A model generated the notes under the pieces. It worked only from the letters and a program-made list of their open reading frames with translations, was not told the origin of the DNA and did not search any database. This document shows, in pieces, positions 39,634 through 49,030 of a DNA stretch of 64,000 bases. Each line of letters opens with the position of its first letter. Within the stretch, counting starts at the first letter, position 1. A program made the position numbers and the translations under genes. Source of the stretch: Candidatus Omnitrophota bacterium (GTDB lineage: Bacteria > Omnitrophota > Gorgyraeia > Gygaellales > Profunditerraquicolaceae); assembly GCA_026387335.1 (NCBI GenBank), contig JAPLLX010000004.1, positions 13,955 through 77,954 of the forward strand. The letters run 5' to 3'.

Positions 39634-40104
39634 TTAAACTTTCTTTTCGTCTTCCTGAGATATAATTTTAGTTACAGCTTTATCGTCTTCGCAAGCGCGC
39701 AAAGTATCGCGGAAGTATTTGTCTTTAAGGAGCCTGGAGATGCGGGCCAGGGCTTTTAAATGCGGGCCGGCAGAATCCTGAGGAGCGACTAAAAGAAAGA
39801 AGATATAAGCTAGTTCTCCGTCTAACGAATCAAAATCCACGCCTTTCTTGGAAAGTCCGAATGCCGCGACCAATTTTTCTACGCAGTCAGATTTGGCGTG
39901 CGGTATGGCTATCCCCTGGCCGATGGCCGTAGAACCCAGGGCCTCCCTGGCCATAAGCGATTCAATAAGCTTATTCCGGCTGCGTTTTTCAATATCGCCG
40001 GCAGTAATAAGGGTATCGACCAGTTCTTTTATAACATCCTCTTTCTTGGTGGATTTTATATCGGTGATAATAGCTTTCTTGGATAAGAAATCCATAATCT
40101 GCAT
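39634..40104 (-). CDS. ptsN: PTS IIA-like nitrogen-regulatory protein PtsN (EIIA-Ntr)
   Basis: GIAIPHAK, with the His phosphorylation site. Confidence 0.75.
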   Translation of the reverse strand: MQIMDFLSKKAIITDIKSTKKEDVIKELVDTLITAGDIEKRSRNKLIESLMAREALGSTAIGQGIAIPHAKSDCVEKLVAAFGLSKKGVDFDSLDGELAYIFFLLVAPQDSAGPHLKALARISRLLKDKYFRDTLRACEDDKAVTKIISQEDEKKV

Positions 40105-40142
40105 ATTGGTTCTCCTTTCAATGTTTGGGCAATATTCTTGGA

Positions 40143-40215
40143 GCGGGAGGCGGGATTCGAACCCGTGACATCAACCTTGGCAAGGTTGCGCTCTACCAGC
40201 TGAGCTACTCCCGCG
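40143..40215 (-). tRNA. tRNA-Gly (GCC)
   Basis: Cloverleaf read on the reverse strand: GCGGGAG acceptor, anticodon loop CUUGCCAAG, TPsiC arm GGGTTCGAATCCC. CCA is not encoded. Confidence 0.85.
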
Positions 40216-40224
40216 TTACCTAAC

Positions 40225-40287
40225 GCGCACCGACGCAATTAGCGCACAAGCGCACGCCGACGCAATACCTGTTAGCGTCGGGCGCTC
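40225..40287. repeat. CCGACGC hairpin family, second locus: CGCCGACGC-AATACCTGTTA-GCGTCGGGCG at 40256..40285, plus a partial copy GCGCACCGACGCAATTAGCGC at 40225..40245, between tRNA-Gly and tRNA-Leu
   Basis: Same stem and loop architecture as 9647..9676. Confidence 0.4.
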
Positions 40288-40334
40288 CTATTAACTGCCG
40301 GGTACTGCTTGAATACTTTATCGAAAAATTTAAG

Positions 40335-40416
40335 TGGGCGGAAGAGGATTTGAACCTCCAAGGGTTGCCCCAATAGCTCCTAAGGCTATCGCGTATGCCA
40401 ATTCCGCCATCCGCCC
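40335..40416 (-). tRNA. tRNA-Leu (TAG)
   Basis: 82 nt with a long variable arm; anticodon loop CUUAGGA; GGTTCAAATCC T-arm. CCA is not encoded. Confidence 0.8.
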
Positions 40417-40450
40417 TCACAACCTCTTACCGCTTTTTAAAAAAATCAAG

Positions 40451-40523
40451 TGAGCCTCCCGAGACTCGAACTCGGCACACGCGGCTTAAAAAGCCGCTGC
40501 TCTACCAGATGAGCTAGAGGCCC
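40451..40523 (-). tRNA. tRNA-Lys (TTT)
   Basis: GGGCCTC acceptor with a G-U pair; anticodon loop CUUUUUAAG; GAGTTCGAGTCTC T-arm. Confidence 0.85.
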
Positions 40524-40528
40524 GAAAT

Positions 40529-41089
40529 CTAGAATTCCAAAACTTCTTTTTCTTTATTCTTTAAAATTTCGTCAACCTTGGCGATATATTTATCCACCGA
40601 TTTCTGCAGTTCATCTAAAGCGCGGAATTTATCGTCTTCGGAAACAATTTTATCTTTTTCCAGCTTCTCAATATGCTCTTTGGCGTCACGCCTTATGGTC
40701 CTTAAAGACACCCTGCCTTCTTCGGACATCTTATGAATCATCTTAGCCAGTTCCTGGCGCCTTTCTTTGGATAACTCCGGAAACAATAATCGGATTATTT
40801 TCCCGTCATTAGAAGGGTTAACCCCTAAATTAGATTTTAAGATCGCCTTTTCAATTTCGGCGATAGCGGATATATCCCAGGGCTGGAGAGTTAACATATG
40901 CGCGCCGGTAGTTGAAATAGAAGCCAGTTGTTTTAATAATGTAGGCGTTCCGTAATAATCAACGTGTATGCCCTCAACCAGCGTAGGGCTGGCCCGGCCG
41001 GTGCGGATTTCGCCGAATTGTCTGGTCACTGACTCAATGGCCTTTTTCATTTTTTCTTCGGTATCATGTAAGATTTCTTTGGCAGTCAT
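40529..41089 (-). CDS. frr: Ribosome recycling factor
   Basis: 186 aa; typical Frr. Confidence 0.9.
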   Translation of the reverse strand: MTAKEILHDTEEKMKKAIESVTRQFGEIRTGRASPTLVEGIHVDYYGTPTLLKQLASISTTGAHMLTLQPWDISAIAEIEKAILKSNLGVNPSNDGKIIRLLFPELSKERRQELAKMIHKMSEEGRVSLRTIRRDAKEHIEKLEKDKIVSEDDKFRALDELQKSVDKYIAKVDEILKNKEKEVLEF

Positions 41090-41109
41090 AGGTAAGTCTC
41101 CTTAAAAGG

Positions 41110-41832
41110 TTAACACTGAACCACTGTCCCTATCTTTTCGCCCAACACTACCCGCTTAATATTGCCTTTTTTGCCGAGGTCAAAGACTACTATCGGAAGT
41201 TTATTATCCATACAAAGGCTGACCGCGGTAGCGTCCATAACTTTTAAACCTTTCTTTAATACATCGATATATTTTAAATGCGTAAATTTCCGGGCGCCTT
41301 TAACTTTTAAGGGGTCTGCCGAATAAACTCCGTCTACCTGGGTAGCTTTAAGTATAGCGTCGGCATTAATCTCCATCGCCCGCAGCGCGGCTGCCGTATC
41401 CGTGGTAAAATACGGATTACCGGTACCGGCGACAAATATGACCACCCTTCCCTTTTCCAAATGGCGTATGGCCCGCCTTCTAATATAAGGTTCGGCGATC
41501 CGCTCCATATCTATCGCGGTCATAACTCTGGTCGGCACTCCTGCTTTTTCCAGAGAATCCTGCAAGGCCAAACCGTTAATTACGGTAGCCAGCATTCCCA
41601 TATAATCGGCTACGGACCTATCCATGTCCAGGCCGCGCGAACCGGTATTTTCCTGACCCCGAAAAATATTCCCCGCGCCTAAAACTATTGCCACATCCAC
41701 CTTTAAATCACGGATTTCTTTTATCTGGCGGGAGATAGATATCAAGACTGCCTGGTCTATCCCGTGGGATTTCCTTCCCTGGAGGGCTTCGCCGCTTAAC
41801 TTAAGGACTATTCTTTTATATACTGAACCCAT
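41110..41832 (-). CDS. pyrH: UMP kinase
   Basis: [11 protein letters not shown]... Confidence 0.9.
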   Translation of the reverse strand: MGSVYKRIVLKLSGEALQGRKSHGIDQAVLISISRQIKEIRDLKVDVAIVLGAGNIFRGQENTGSRGLDMDRSVADYMGMLATVINGLALQDSLEKAGVPTRVMTAIDMERIAEPYIRRRAIRHLEKGRVVIFVAGTGNPYFTTDTAAALRAMEINADAILKATQVDGVYSADPLKVKGARKFTHLKYIDVLKKGLKVMDATAVSLCMDNKLPIVVFDLGKKGNIKRVVLGEKIGTVVQC

Positions 41833-41837
41833 TGGTA

Positions 41838-42371
41838 TTATTCGCCGACTTTAAAACGGCTGAACCTACGCACCACGATATTCTCGCCGATCTTGGCGAC
41901 AACGCTACCTAAATAATCTTTAACAGTCATGGAAGGGTCTTTAACAAAAGACTGCTCCATTAAACAGTGGTTTTTGTAAAAATCATCTTTATTTTTTTCG
42001 TGTTCGACAACTTCCGCCGGAACATCTTCTTTCTTTATGTATAACGGGCTGGTCGCGGTTATCTGCATAGCCAGGTCTTTGGTAAACCGGGCAAATTCTT
42101 CGTTCTTAGCTACAAAATCCGATTCGCAGTCAACTTCCAGCAATACTCCGACCTTATTCCCATGATGCACGTAAGCTTCTATTCTTCCATCCTTGGCTGC
42201 CCGGGATTGTTTCTTGGCGGCAATCTCTAAGCCCTGCCTGCGTAATAGCTCGGCGGCCTTCTTAATATCCCCTTTTGTCTCCTCAAGGGCTTTCTTACAG
42301 TGAGCTACACTGGAAGAAGTCATCTCCCTTAATTCTTTGATTAATTCTATGGCTATACTCATTTTACTCAT
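41838..42371 (-). CDS. tsf: Elongation factor Ts (short, 177 aa)
   Basis: [11 protein letters not shown]...[18 protein letters not shown]-terminus. Confidence 0.8.
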   Translation of the reverse strand: MSKMSIAIELIKELREMTSSSVAHCKKALEETKGDIKKAAELLRRQGLEIAAKKQSRAAKDGRIEAYVHHGNKVGVLLEVDCESDFVAKNEEFARFTKDLAMQITATSPLYIKKEDVPAEVVEHEKNKDDFYKNHCLMEQSFVKDPSMTVKDYLGSVVAKIGENIVVRRFSRFKVGE

Positions 42372-43267
42372 ATCTTTCTTTTACCCTTTCCTTTCGCGTC
42401 TATCGCCGGCTTAACATGTCCCTTCTTAATAAGTTTGGCATCTTCATTAATAGGCTCGATGGTTTCTGCTATCTCCTCAATCTCTTTTATCTTGATCTCT
42501 TCTTCGGGTAACAATACTACCTCTGCGTCTATCTTAGCCGGTTCCTCTTTAATCTTTACGCCTTCCTGAGACATATAAGAGAGGAATTTCTTCCTGCCTT
42601 CAATAATCGTATCGGTGATGATGTTGGCCACCGCCTTGATAGACTTGGTAGCGTCGTCATTACCGGGGATAGGATAGTCAATTAAATCGGGGTTAGAGTT
42701 GGTATCAATAAGGGCTATAATAGGTATATTCAGGCGCCTGGCTTCTTTTACCGCGGTATCTTCCTTGCTTGTGTCCACCACAAACATTGCCTTAGGCATA
42801 CGCTCCATAGGGACAATCCCGGAGAAATTCTTATTCAATTTAGCTAATTCTTTCTCAAGGCCCGCCACTTCCTTTTTAGTAAGCTTGGCGAATGTCCCAT
42901 CTACGCGCATCTTCTCTATATCTTTCAGGCGGTTGATGCTCTTCTTTATAGTAGAAAAATTTGTTAAAAGCCCGCCCGGCCAGCGGTCAGTCACGTAATA
43001 CATGCCGGATCGCTGCGCTTCCGCAAGCATTACCTCCTGCGCCTGCTTCTTAGTCCCCACAAAAAGCACATATTCGCCTTTTGAGGTTATATCCGACAGG
43101 AAATCCCTGGCCTTGTTTATACATTCTTCGGTCTTCTCAAGGTCAATAATATAGATACCGCTCCTTGAACCGAAGATAAATTTCTTCATTTTCGGGTTCC
43201 AGCGCTTAGTCTGATGCCCAAAATGCACCCCTGCTTCCAGTAATTGCTTGATTAAATCTGATGGCAC
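42368..43267 (-). CDS. rpsB: 30S ribosomal protein S2 with a ~60-aa K/E-rich C-terminal extension
   Basis: [19 protein letters not shown]. Confidence 0.9.
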   Translation of the reverse strand: MPSDLIKQLLEAGVHFGHQTKRWNPKMKKFIFGSRSGIYIIDLEKTEECINKARDFLSDITSKGEYVLFVGTKKQAQEVMLAEAQRSGMYYVTDRWPGGLLTNFSTIKKSINRLKDIEKMRVDGTFAKLTKKEVAGLEKELAKLNKNFSGIVPMERMPKAMFVVDTSKEDTAVKEARRLNIPIIALIDTNSNPDLIDYPIPGNDDATKSIKAVANIITDTIIEGRKKFLSYMSQEGVKIKEEPAKIDAEVVLLPEEEIKIKEIEEIAETIEPINEDAKLIKKGHVKPAIDAKGKGKRKI

Positions 43268-43368
43268 TTTACTATTCCCCCTTTTAGATTGTTAATATGT
43301 ACTGCCCCCGAAGCCTCCCGGGAACAGTTTAATTCTATTATTATACTCAAATTTCCTCGGATTTGCAA

Positions 43369-45159
43369 CTATTTTCGTAACTCTTGCATTGAATAAAGCC
43401 GCTTATATAAACCATCCCTCTTTAAAAGCTCTTCATGGGGCCCGGATTCGGCAATAGCGCCTTTGTCCAAGACCACAATTTTATTCGCGCTTCTGACTGT
43501 AGAAAGCCTGTGGGCGATGACAAATACCGTACGACCCTGAATAAGCCTGTCTAAAGCGTCCTGGACTATCCGTTCTGACTCCGAATCCAGCTGGGAAGTA
43601 GCCTCATCCAGGATTAAAATAGGCGGATTCTTAAGCAGGGCCCGGGCTATAGCGATCCTCTGGCGTTCGCCTCCTGAAATACGCATACCCCTATCCCCGA
43701 TAACCGTAGCATAGCCTTGGGGCAGGTGACTGATAAAATCATGGGCATTAGCCTGCAGCGCTGCCTGTTTAATCTCTTCATCTGTCGCCCCGGGTTTACC
43801 GTAAGCGATATTCGCCTTAATGGTATCATTAAAAAGTATGGTCTCCTGGGTAACAATCCCGACGAGTTGGCGTAACGACTTTAGGCTAACATCTTTTATA
43901 TCCGTACCATCAATTAAAACCCTCCCCTTTTTAGGGTCATAGAAACGCGGGATTAAATCCAAAAGCGTGGTCTTGCCTGTCCCGCTGGGCCCGACGATAG
44001 CCAGGACTGAACCATACGGGACATCTAAACTTACCCCTTTAAGAACCTGATTATCGCCATAACTAAACCAGACATTCTCAAAGACAACATTATTTTTAAA
44101 TCCTTTTAATTCTTTAACCGTAAGGGATTCCACTACGCTGGGCTCTGTTTCCAAGACTTCATAGATGCGCTCGCTGGCGGCTACCGCCTGCTGATTTAAA
44201 GAATTTACCTGGCTTAATTTCTTAAAAGGCCGGATAGTGGATAGAAGCGCGCCGAGGAATAATCCAAAGACGCCGAAAGAGATTTTTCCGGAGATGACTT
44301 CCCTCCCCCCTAAGAAGAATATAATTACGCCCGCTATACAGCCTAAGATCTCGGTTGCCGGGCTTAAAAGCAGCATACGTTTAATAGATTTCATGGAAAC
44401 ACGGTAATAATCATTATTTACCTTATTGAATTTCTTTATTTCGTAATCCTCCATATTAAAACCTTTAACAATACGCGCGCCGATAATCGTCTCGTAAAGT
44501 ATGGAGTTTGTATCCGCCATCTTCTCCTGCGAAGTCCTGGATAACTTTCTAAGTTTCTTGCCTACGACAGCGATTAAGTAGCCCAGGATCGCCAAAGGAG
44601 GAACGATAAAAATAACGAATTTGGCGTAAATAAACATGGTCAGCGAGAAGAATATGACTACCTGCGCCCCCTGATATACGATATCGGTTGAGCCATAAGA
44701 AACAGCGTTCTCTACCAGCTTGACGTCATTAGTGATGCGCGAAATCATCTCTCCGCCGCGTTTATGGGTAAAATAATCCAAAGAAAGCGACTGGAATTTA
44801 GCGTAAAGCCTGGCCTTTATATCCCTTACAATACGCTGGCCAATATCCGACATAAGATAGCTCTGCAGGAAGTTAAAAAACCCTTTAAGCACAAAGAGCA
44901 ATACAATGCCTACGGCCATATAGTTCAAAAGCACTACCGGTTCAATACTATTGAGCTTATCCACAAAATTAGCTAAAAACGCAGGTAGTTTGGCGGGTAT
45001 GATGATTTTTCTATTGGTAAGGACCTTATCCGCCAGCGGGACCATCATAGCTAAAGAAACCCCGTCAAATATGGCGGAAAAGACCATACAAACGGTAGCC
45101 AGGGAAAACATCCCTAAATATGGCTTAATAAATCGCAGTAACTTCAAGTAATCACGCAT
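43369..45159 (-). CDS. msbA: ABC transporter permease/ATPase, MsbA-like lipid exporter
   Basis: 6-TM domain plus Walker A GPSGTGKTT, LSGGERQR signature and Walker B ILILDEAT. ATG 45159 with a GGAGGAG RBS is preferred over the track start at 45294, which would read through a repeat element. Confidence 0.8.
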   Translation of the reverse strand: MRDYLKLLRFIKPYLGMFSLATVCMVFSAIFDGVSLAMMVPLADKVLTNRKIIIPAKLPAFLANFVDKLNSIEPVVLLNYMAVGIVLLFVLKGFFNFLQSYLMSDIGQRIVRDIKARLYAKFQSLSLDYFTHKRGGEMISRITNDVKLVENAVSYGSTDIVYQGAQVVIFFSLTMFIYAKFVIFIVPPLAILGYLIAVVGKKLRKLSRTSQEKMADTNSILYETIIGARIVKGFNMEDYEIKKFNKVNNDYYRVSMKSIKRMLLLSPATEILGCIAGVIIFFLGGREVISGKISFGVFGLFLGALLSTIRPFKKLSQVNSLNQQAVAASERIYEVLETEPSVVESLTVKELKGFKNNVVFENVWFSYGDNQVLKGVSLDVPYGSVLAIVGPSGTGKTTLLDLIPRFYDPKKGRVLIDGTDIKDVSLKSLRQLVGIVTQETILFNDTIKANIAYGKPGATDEEIKQAALQANAHDFISHLPQGYATVIGDRGMRISGGERQRIAIARALLKNPPILILDEATSQLDSESERIVQDALDRLIQGRTVFVIAHRLSTVRSANKIVVLDKGAIAESGPHEELLKRDGLYKRLYSMQELRK

Positions 45160-45229
45160 TTTTCGCTCCTCCTCAAAAGGAAAAGTATTGTAGCATATCT
45201 TCCCACCCCAAGCAACTTTTTTATTGCCT

Positions 45230-45324
45230 AATAAATGACACTGGCAAGTTTCCCGCTCAGGTCGGTTTTTTAACGCCATGGCTAAAACCTCCATTCGCGG
45301 ATAAACTTGCCAGTGTCATTTATT
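45230..45324. repeat. Perfect 22-bp inverted repeat (AATAAATGACACTGGCAAGTTT / AAACTTGCCAGTGTCATTTATT) with a 51-nt spacer that holds a nested GGTTTT..GCCATGGC..AAAACC palindrome
   Basis: Read directly. In the divergent msbA | Gfo-lpxB promoter region, immediately upstream of copy 2 of the 165-nt element. Confidence 0.7.
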
Positions 45325-45340
45325 ATAAGTATAAGTATCA

Positions 45341-45505
45341 TAGCGGATGACTTGGCTTGTTTCGGAGCAGGGCGTAACGCAGGCGGAGCGGGCAGGGTTG
45401 CCCACAATAAATGTCCCGGCAGAGCGCAGCCGAGTAGCCGAGCGGGATTTTCCACGCTGGGGAAAATCGTGCGGCCCTGCGAGAAACAAAACAAGGCAGG
45501 CGCTA
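45341..45505 (+). ncRNA. Copy 2 of the ~165-nt conserved structured element
   Basis: See 20767..20932. Lies 50 nt upstream of the Gfo/Idh/MocA start. Confidence 0.45.
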
Positions 45506-45556
45506 CTAAAGAAGATTATAGTTGCAATAAAGCAGGCGGTTTGCTATTATTCCCTT

Positions 45557-46483
45557 ATGGATAAATTAAAAGTGGCGGTGATTGGAGTAGGTCATTTGGG
45601 CAGTATTCATGCCAAAATATACCAGGAACTCCCCAATTGTTCACTTGTTGCTGTCTGCGATACGGATAGGGCTCGGCTGGATGCGGTCAGCAAAAGCTTA
45701 AATGTAACCGGATACCGGGATTACCGCGAAATCTTCGGCAAAGTAGATGCCGTAAGCGTAGCTACTCCCACAAAATCACATTACGCTGTCGCCAGCGAAT
45801 GCTTAAAGCATAATCTACACGCCTTAGTCGAGAAACCCTTTACTCCTACCCTTAAAGAAGCTGACGATCTGATAAAAATAGCCGGAGATAATAATTTAAT
45901 CCTACAGGTTGGGCATATTGAACGGTTTAATTCCGCTTTTAGCGCTACGCAAAAAATAATCAGGAACCCAAAGTTTATTGAATGCCACCGCCTCTCTTCT
46001 TTTCCCAACCGCTCGCTGGATGTAGGCGTGGTTTTAGACATCATGATCCATGATATTGATATAATCTTAGGCTTGGTAGACTCGCCCGTAGAGCGGATCG
46101 AATCCGTAGGCATAAATGTGCTTACGCATTTCGAAGATATTGCTAACGCCAGGATCACCTTTAAGAACGGCTGCGTAGCTAACCTTACGGCTAGCCGCAT
46201 TTCCGACGAAACCATGCGCAAGATCCGTATCTTTCAGGAGAATACCTATATTTCGCTGGATTATAAAAACGCCGAAGCCTGGGTCTATCGCAAAGGCCTC
46301 CTGAAAATTTCAAAAGAAATCCTGCCGATTGAAAAAGAACAACCCCTGCAAAAAGAACTCCAGGCATTTGTCAACTGCGTAATAGATAAAAAAGAGCCTC
46401 TTGTATCGGGCGTTGTCGCCCGCCAAGCCTTAAAAGTAGCGTTGGAAATCCAAGATCAGATATGGCAAAAAAACAAATCCTGA
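45557..46483 (+). CDS. Gfo/Idh/MocA-family NAD(P)-dependent oxidoreductase (possibly UDP-GlcNAc 3-dehydrogenase GnnA-like, given the lpxB context)
   Basis: MDKLKVAVIGVGHLGSIHAKIY Rossmann N-terminus. The track start at 45347 is an extension across the repeat. Confidence 0.65.
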   Translation: MDKLKVAVIGVGHLGSIHAKIYQELPNCSLVAVCDTDRARLDAVSKSLNVTGYRDYREIFGKVDAVSVATPTKSHYAVASECLKHNLHALVEKPFTPTLKEADDLIKIAGDNNLILQVGHIERFNSAFSATQKIIRNPKFIECHRLSSFPNRSLDVGVVLDIMIHDIDIILGLVDSPVERIESVGINVLTHFEDIANARITFKNGCVANLTASRISDETMRKIRIFQENTYISLDYKNAEAWVYRKGLLKISKEILPIEKEQPLQKELQAFVNCVIDKKEPLVSGVVARQALKVALEIQDQIWQKNKS

Positions 46484-47595
46484 TTATCTGCGGCGAGCCT
46501 TCCGGCGAACTGCACGCCAGTTTGCTCGCCACTGAAATAAAAAAATTAAGCCCGGAAATCAAGATTTCCGGCGTCGGAAGTTCGCTGCTGGCCCAGGCAG
46601 GAGCCGAAATAATCTTTGATACAAAAGACTTAAGTGTCATGGGCCTTTTTGATGTCCTGAAAAAACTTCCTAAATTTATATTATTAAAGCAACTGATCCT
46701 GGATAAAATAAAACAGGGTAAGTTTGACGCGGTAATATTCGTGGATTTCTCCGGATTTAATTTAAGACTGGCTCGAGCCATCAATAACAGCCTACCCACT
46801 ATTTATTACGTAAGCCCCCAGGTCTGGGCCTCACGAGCCAAAAGGATCGCCGTAATAAAAAAATACATCCGCAAAATGATTGTGCTTTTTGAATTTGAAA
46901 AAGAATTTTATATGAAACATGGCTTGGAGGCGGATTGCGTAGGGCATGCGCTTCTGGATGTCGTCAAGCCGAGTATAGGGAAAGATGAACTATTGCATAA
47001 ATTAAGCCTGGCAAATGACAAAACAACTATAGCCCTCCTACCGGGGTCAAGAAAACAGGAGATAAATAAAATCCTGCCCATAATGCTTAAAACAGCGCAA
47101 TTAATAAACCAGAAAATCAACGCGCAGTTTGTAATCGCCAAGCCCAAACAAACCGATTGGGGAATTTATGACCGGATAACCGCTAAATTCAAGATTGAAG
47201 TCAAGTTTGTGGAAGGAAATACCTATGACGCCCTAAATATCGCGGATTTTGCCCTAGTCTGTTCAGGGACAGCGACGCTGGAAACCGCTATAATGGAGAA
47301 ACCTTTCCTGATAATTTATAAAATGGGCCTGCTTAATTACCTGCTCTACCGGCCGCAGGTAAAAATCCCTTTTATCGGGATAGTCAATATCGTGGCCGGC
47401 AGAAAAATTATCCCGGAATATATACAGTTCGGGGCAGCACCGGCAAAAATAGCCGCCAACGCCTTGGAACTACTGGATAATCGCATTAAGCTGGAGAATA
47501 TGCGGGTCGAACTGGCCGCAGTCAAATCTTTATTAGGCCAACCCGGGGCAGCTCACCGCGCCGCCAAAATCATAGTCGACTTCCTAAAAAATTAG
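46462..47595 (+). CDS. lpxB: Lipid-A-disaccharide synthase
   Basis: ILIICGEPSGELHAS...; 377 aa; 22-nt overlap with the upstream gene. Confidence 0.85.
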   Translation: MAKKQILIICGEPSGELHASLLATEIKKLSPEIKISGVGSSLLAQAGAEIIFDTKDLSVMGLFDVLKKLPKFILLKQLILDKIKQGKFDAVIFVDFSGFNLRLARAINNSLPTIYYVSPQVWASRAKRIAVIKKYIRKMIVLFEFEKEFYMKHGLEADCVGHALLDVVKPSIGKDELLHKLSLANDKTTIALLPGSRKQEINKILPIMLKTAQLINQKINAQFVIAKPKQTDWGIYDRITAKFKIEVKFVEGNTYDALNIADFALVCSGTATLETAIMEKPFLIIYKMGLLNYLLYRPQVKIPFIGIVNIVAGRKIIPEYIQFGAAPAKIAANALELLDNRIKLENMRVELAAVKSLLGQPGAAHRAAKIIVDFLKN

Positions 47596-47628
47596 GGACG
47601 GTTCTCAAAACAAAGCAAAACTGTCCCC
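47593..47628. terminator. TAGGGACGGTTCTCAA...CTGTCCCC palindromic element between the convergent lpxB and M48 peptidase genes (probable bidirectional terminator; same family as 32151..32223)
   Basis: Shares the 14-mer GGGACGGTTCTCAA with the pfkA-fba element. Confidence 0.45.
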
Positions 47629-47632
47629 AATA

Positions 47633-48721
47633 CTAAAACGATTTGGCCATTTTGATGCGCTCATCAATCGGCGGATGGTCAAAGAAGAAAAATTTGATTA
47701 GCGGGTGAGGGGACCTATCGGAAAGGTTTTGCTGGGCGAGTTTATCCATCGTTGAAATAAAGGCGTCTTTTAAACCGGTAGTTTCTAACGCCAGGCTATC
47801 CGCGCTTCTCTCAAAGCTTCTGCTGATAAAAGCCTCCAGCGGCTGGGTAATTATGCCAAACGCAATAAAATAAATTAAAATTACCGGCAACGCCGCGACT
47901 TCATTCAAAGAGTATAAACCGAATAAACGCAAAGTATAAGGGTTGGTCCTAAAAATCAGGTAAAAAATTATTAATGTGGTTAAGGAATTTACCACAATCA
48001 ATTTGAGCAGGTGTTTTAACTGATAGTGCGCGAATTCATGCGCCAGGATCACCTCAATCTCAGCGTAGGTATATTTATCTTTTAAGGTATCCGCTAGAAT
48101 CACCCTGCGCGTATTTCCTATTCCCACAAAAGCGGCGTTAGCTTTTAAGGTCTTTTTGCTAAAGTCGATTTCAAAACAATCCAATAGCTTAACCTTCATT
48201 TTAGCCGCTAACTTCATAATCCGAACGCGCAAATTTTCATCGCTCAGCTTTTTATATTTAAAAAAGAGCGGAATAATCAGCACCGGCATAAGCTTAGCCA
48301 AAACAACGCTAAAGAATATCCAAAATATGGAAACCAAGAGCCACCAGTTGCCGGGATTATGTTCCAGGATAAAATAGAACACTGTGATCAATATTAAAAT
48401 AATCAAATAAGAAACTCCGCCGGCCTTAAGCTGGTCTTTAAACCAATCCCGCAGCCCTTGAGTAGATAAAGAAAATTTGTGCTCCAAAATATACGCTTGA
48501 TAAAAATTAAGCGGGAAGTCTAACAAATAGTAGCCCAGGGATATTATAAGCAAGTATAAAGGAATGACTAAAAAAGTTAAGGAGTGTTTGCTTAGGGCGA
48601 GGACGAGTTTTTGGGATAAACCTGATCTCAGGAATAAAATAACGAGAATAAGGGTATAGATTATACCCACAATTTCCAATATATACTTAATGTTGGAATA
48701 CTGCTTGGCCCTATCTTGCAT
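47633..48721 (-). CDS. M48-family zinc metalloprotease (Ste24/HtpX-like) with an N-terminal polytopic membrane domain
   Basis: HEFAHYQLKH (HExxH); 362 aa. Confidence 0.7.
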   Translation of the reverse strand: MQDRAKQYSNIKYILEIVGIIYTLILVILFLRSGLSQKLVLALSKHSLTFLVIPLYLLIISLGYYLLDFPLNFYQAYILEHKFSLSTQGLRDWFKDQLKAGGVSYLIILILITVFYFILEHNPGNWWLLVSIFWIFFSVVLAKLMPVLIIPLFFKYKKLSDENLRVRIMKLAAKMKVKLLDCFEIDFSKKTLKANAAFVGIGNTRRVILADTLKDKYTYAEIEVILAHEFAHYQLKHLLKLIVVNSLTTLIIFYLIFRTNPYTLRLFGLYSLNEVAALPVILIYFIAFGIITQPLEAFISRSFERSADSLALETTGLKDAFISTMDKLAQQNLSDRSPHPLIKFFFFDHPPIDERIKMAKSF

Positions 48722-48735
48722 GAACCAAAAAGCGC

Positions 48736-48981
48736 TTATTTAGCCTTCTTCTGGACTGGCTTGACATTCACAAAGGTGCGCACCTTGCCGTGGCTAGTCT
48801 TCTGCTTGGTAAAATAAACCTTACCCGCGCACCGGGCAAATAACGTACCTAAGCCTTTTACATTAATCCCGGACTTATAACTATCCACTCCTCTTATTAA
48901 AATCTGGCCGGTTGAAACGAGCATACCTTCGGAAACTTTATTCGCTTTGTCTTTCTTGGGGGTTGAAAATCCACCTGTCAT
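48736..48981 (-). CDS. rpmA: 50S ribosomal protein L27-like
   Basis: GQILIRGVDSYKSGINVKGLGTLFARCAGKVYF aligns to the L27 core GSIIxRQRGTKxHxGxNVGxGxDxTLFAxxDGxVKF. Not next to rplU. Confidence 0.55.
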   Translation of the reverse strand: MTGGFSTPKKDKANKVSEGMLVSTGQILIRGVDSYKSGINVKGLGTLFARCAGKVYFTKQKTSHGKVRTFVNVKPVQKKAK

Positions 48982-49030
48982 TTTAATCTCCTTGTTAAAT
49001 TAATTTATTAAGCATATTACCACATAATCC

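Noticed and set aside
40143-40523. Possibility of a fourth tRNA or an rRNA fragment in the tRNA cluster spacers
   Set aside because: The spacers contain only the CCGACGC hairpin repeats; no additional cloverleaf could be folded.
45160-45556. Track ORFs 43369..45294 (N-terminal 45 aa) and 45347..46483 (N-terminal 70 aa), plus small ORFs 45282..45494 and 45307..45564, covering the repeat region
   Set aside because: These extensions read through the palindrome and the 165-nt element and have no homology. Good internal starts exist at 45159 (RBS GGAGGAG) and 45557 (Rossmann N-terminus MDKLKVAVIGVG).
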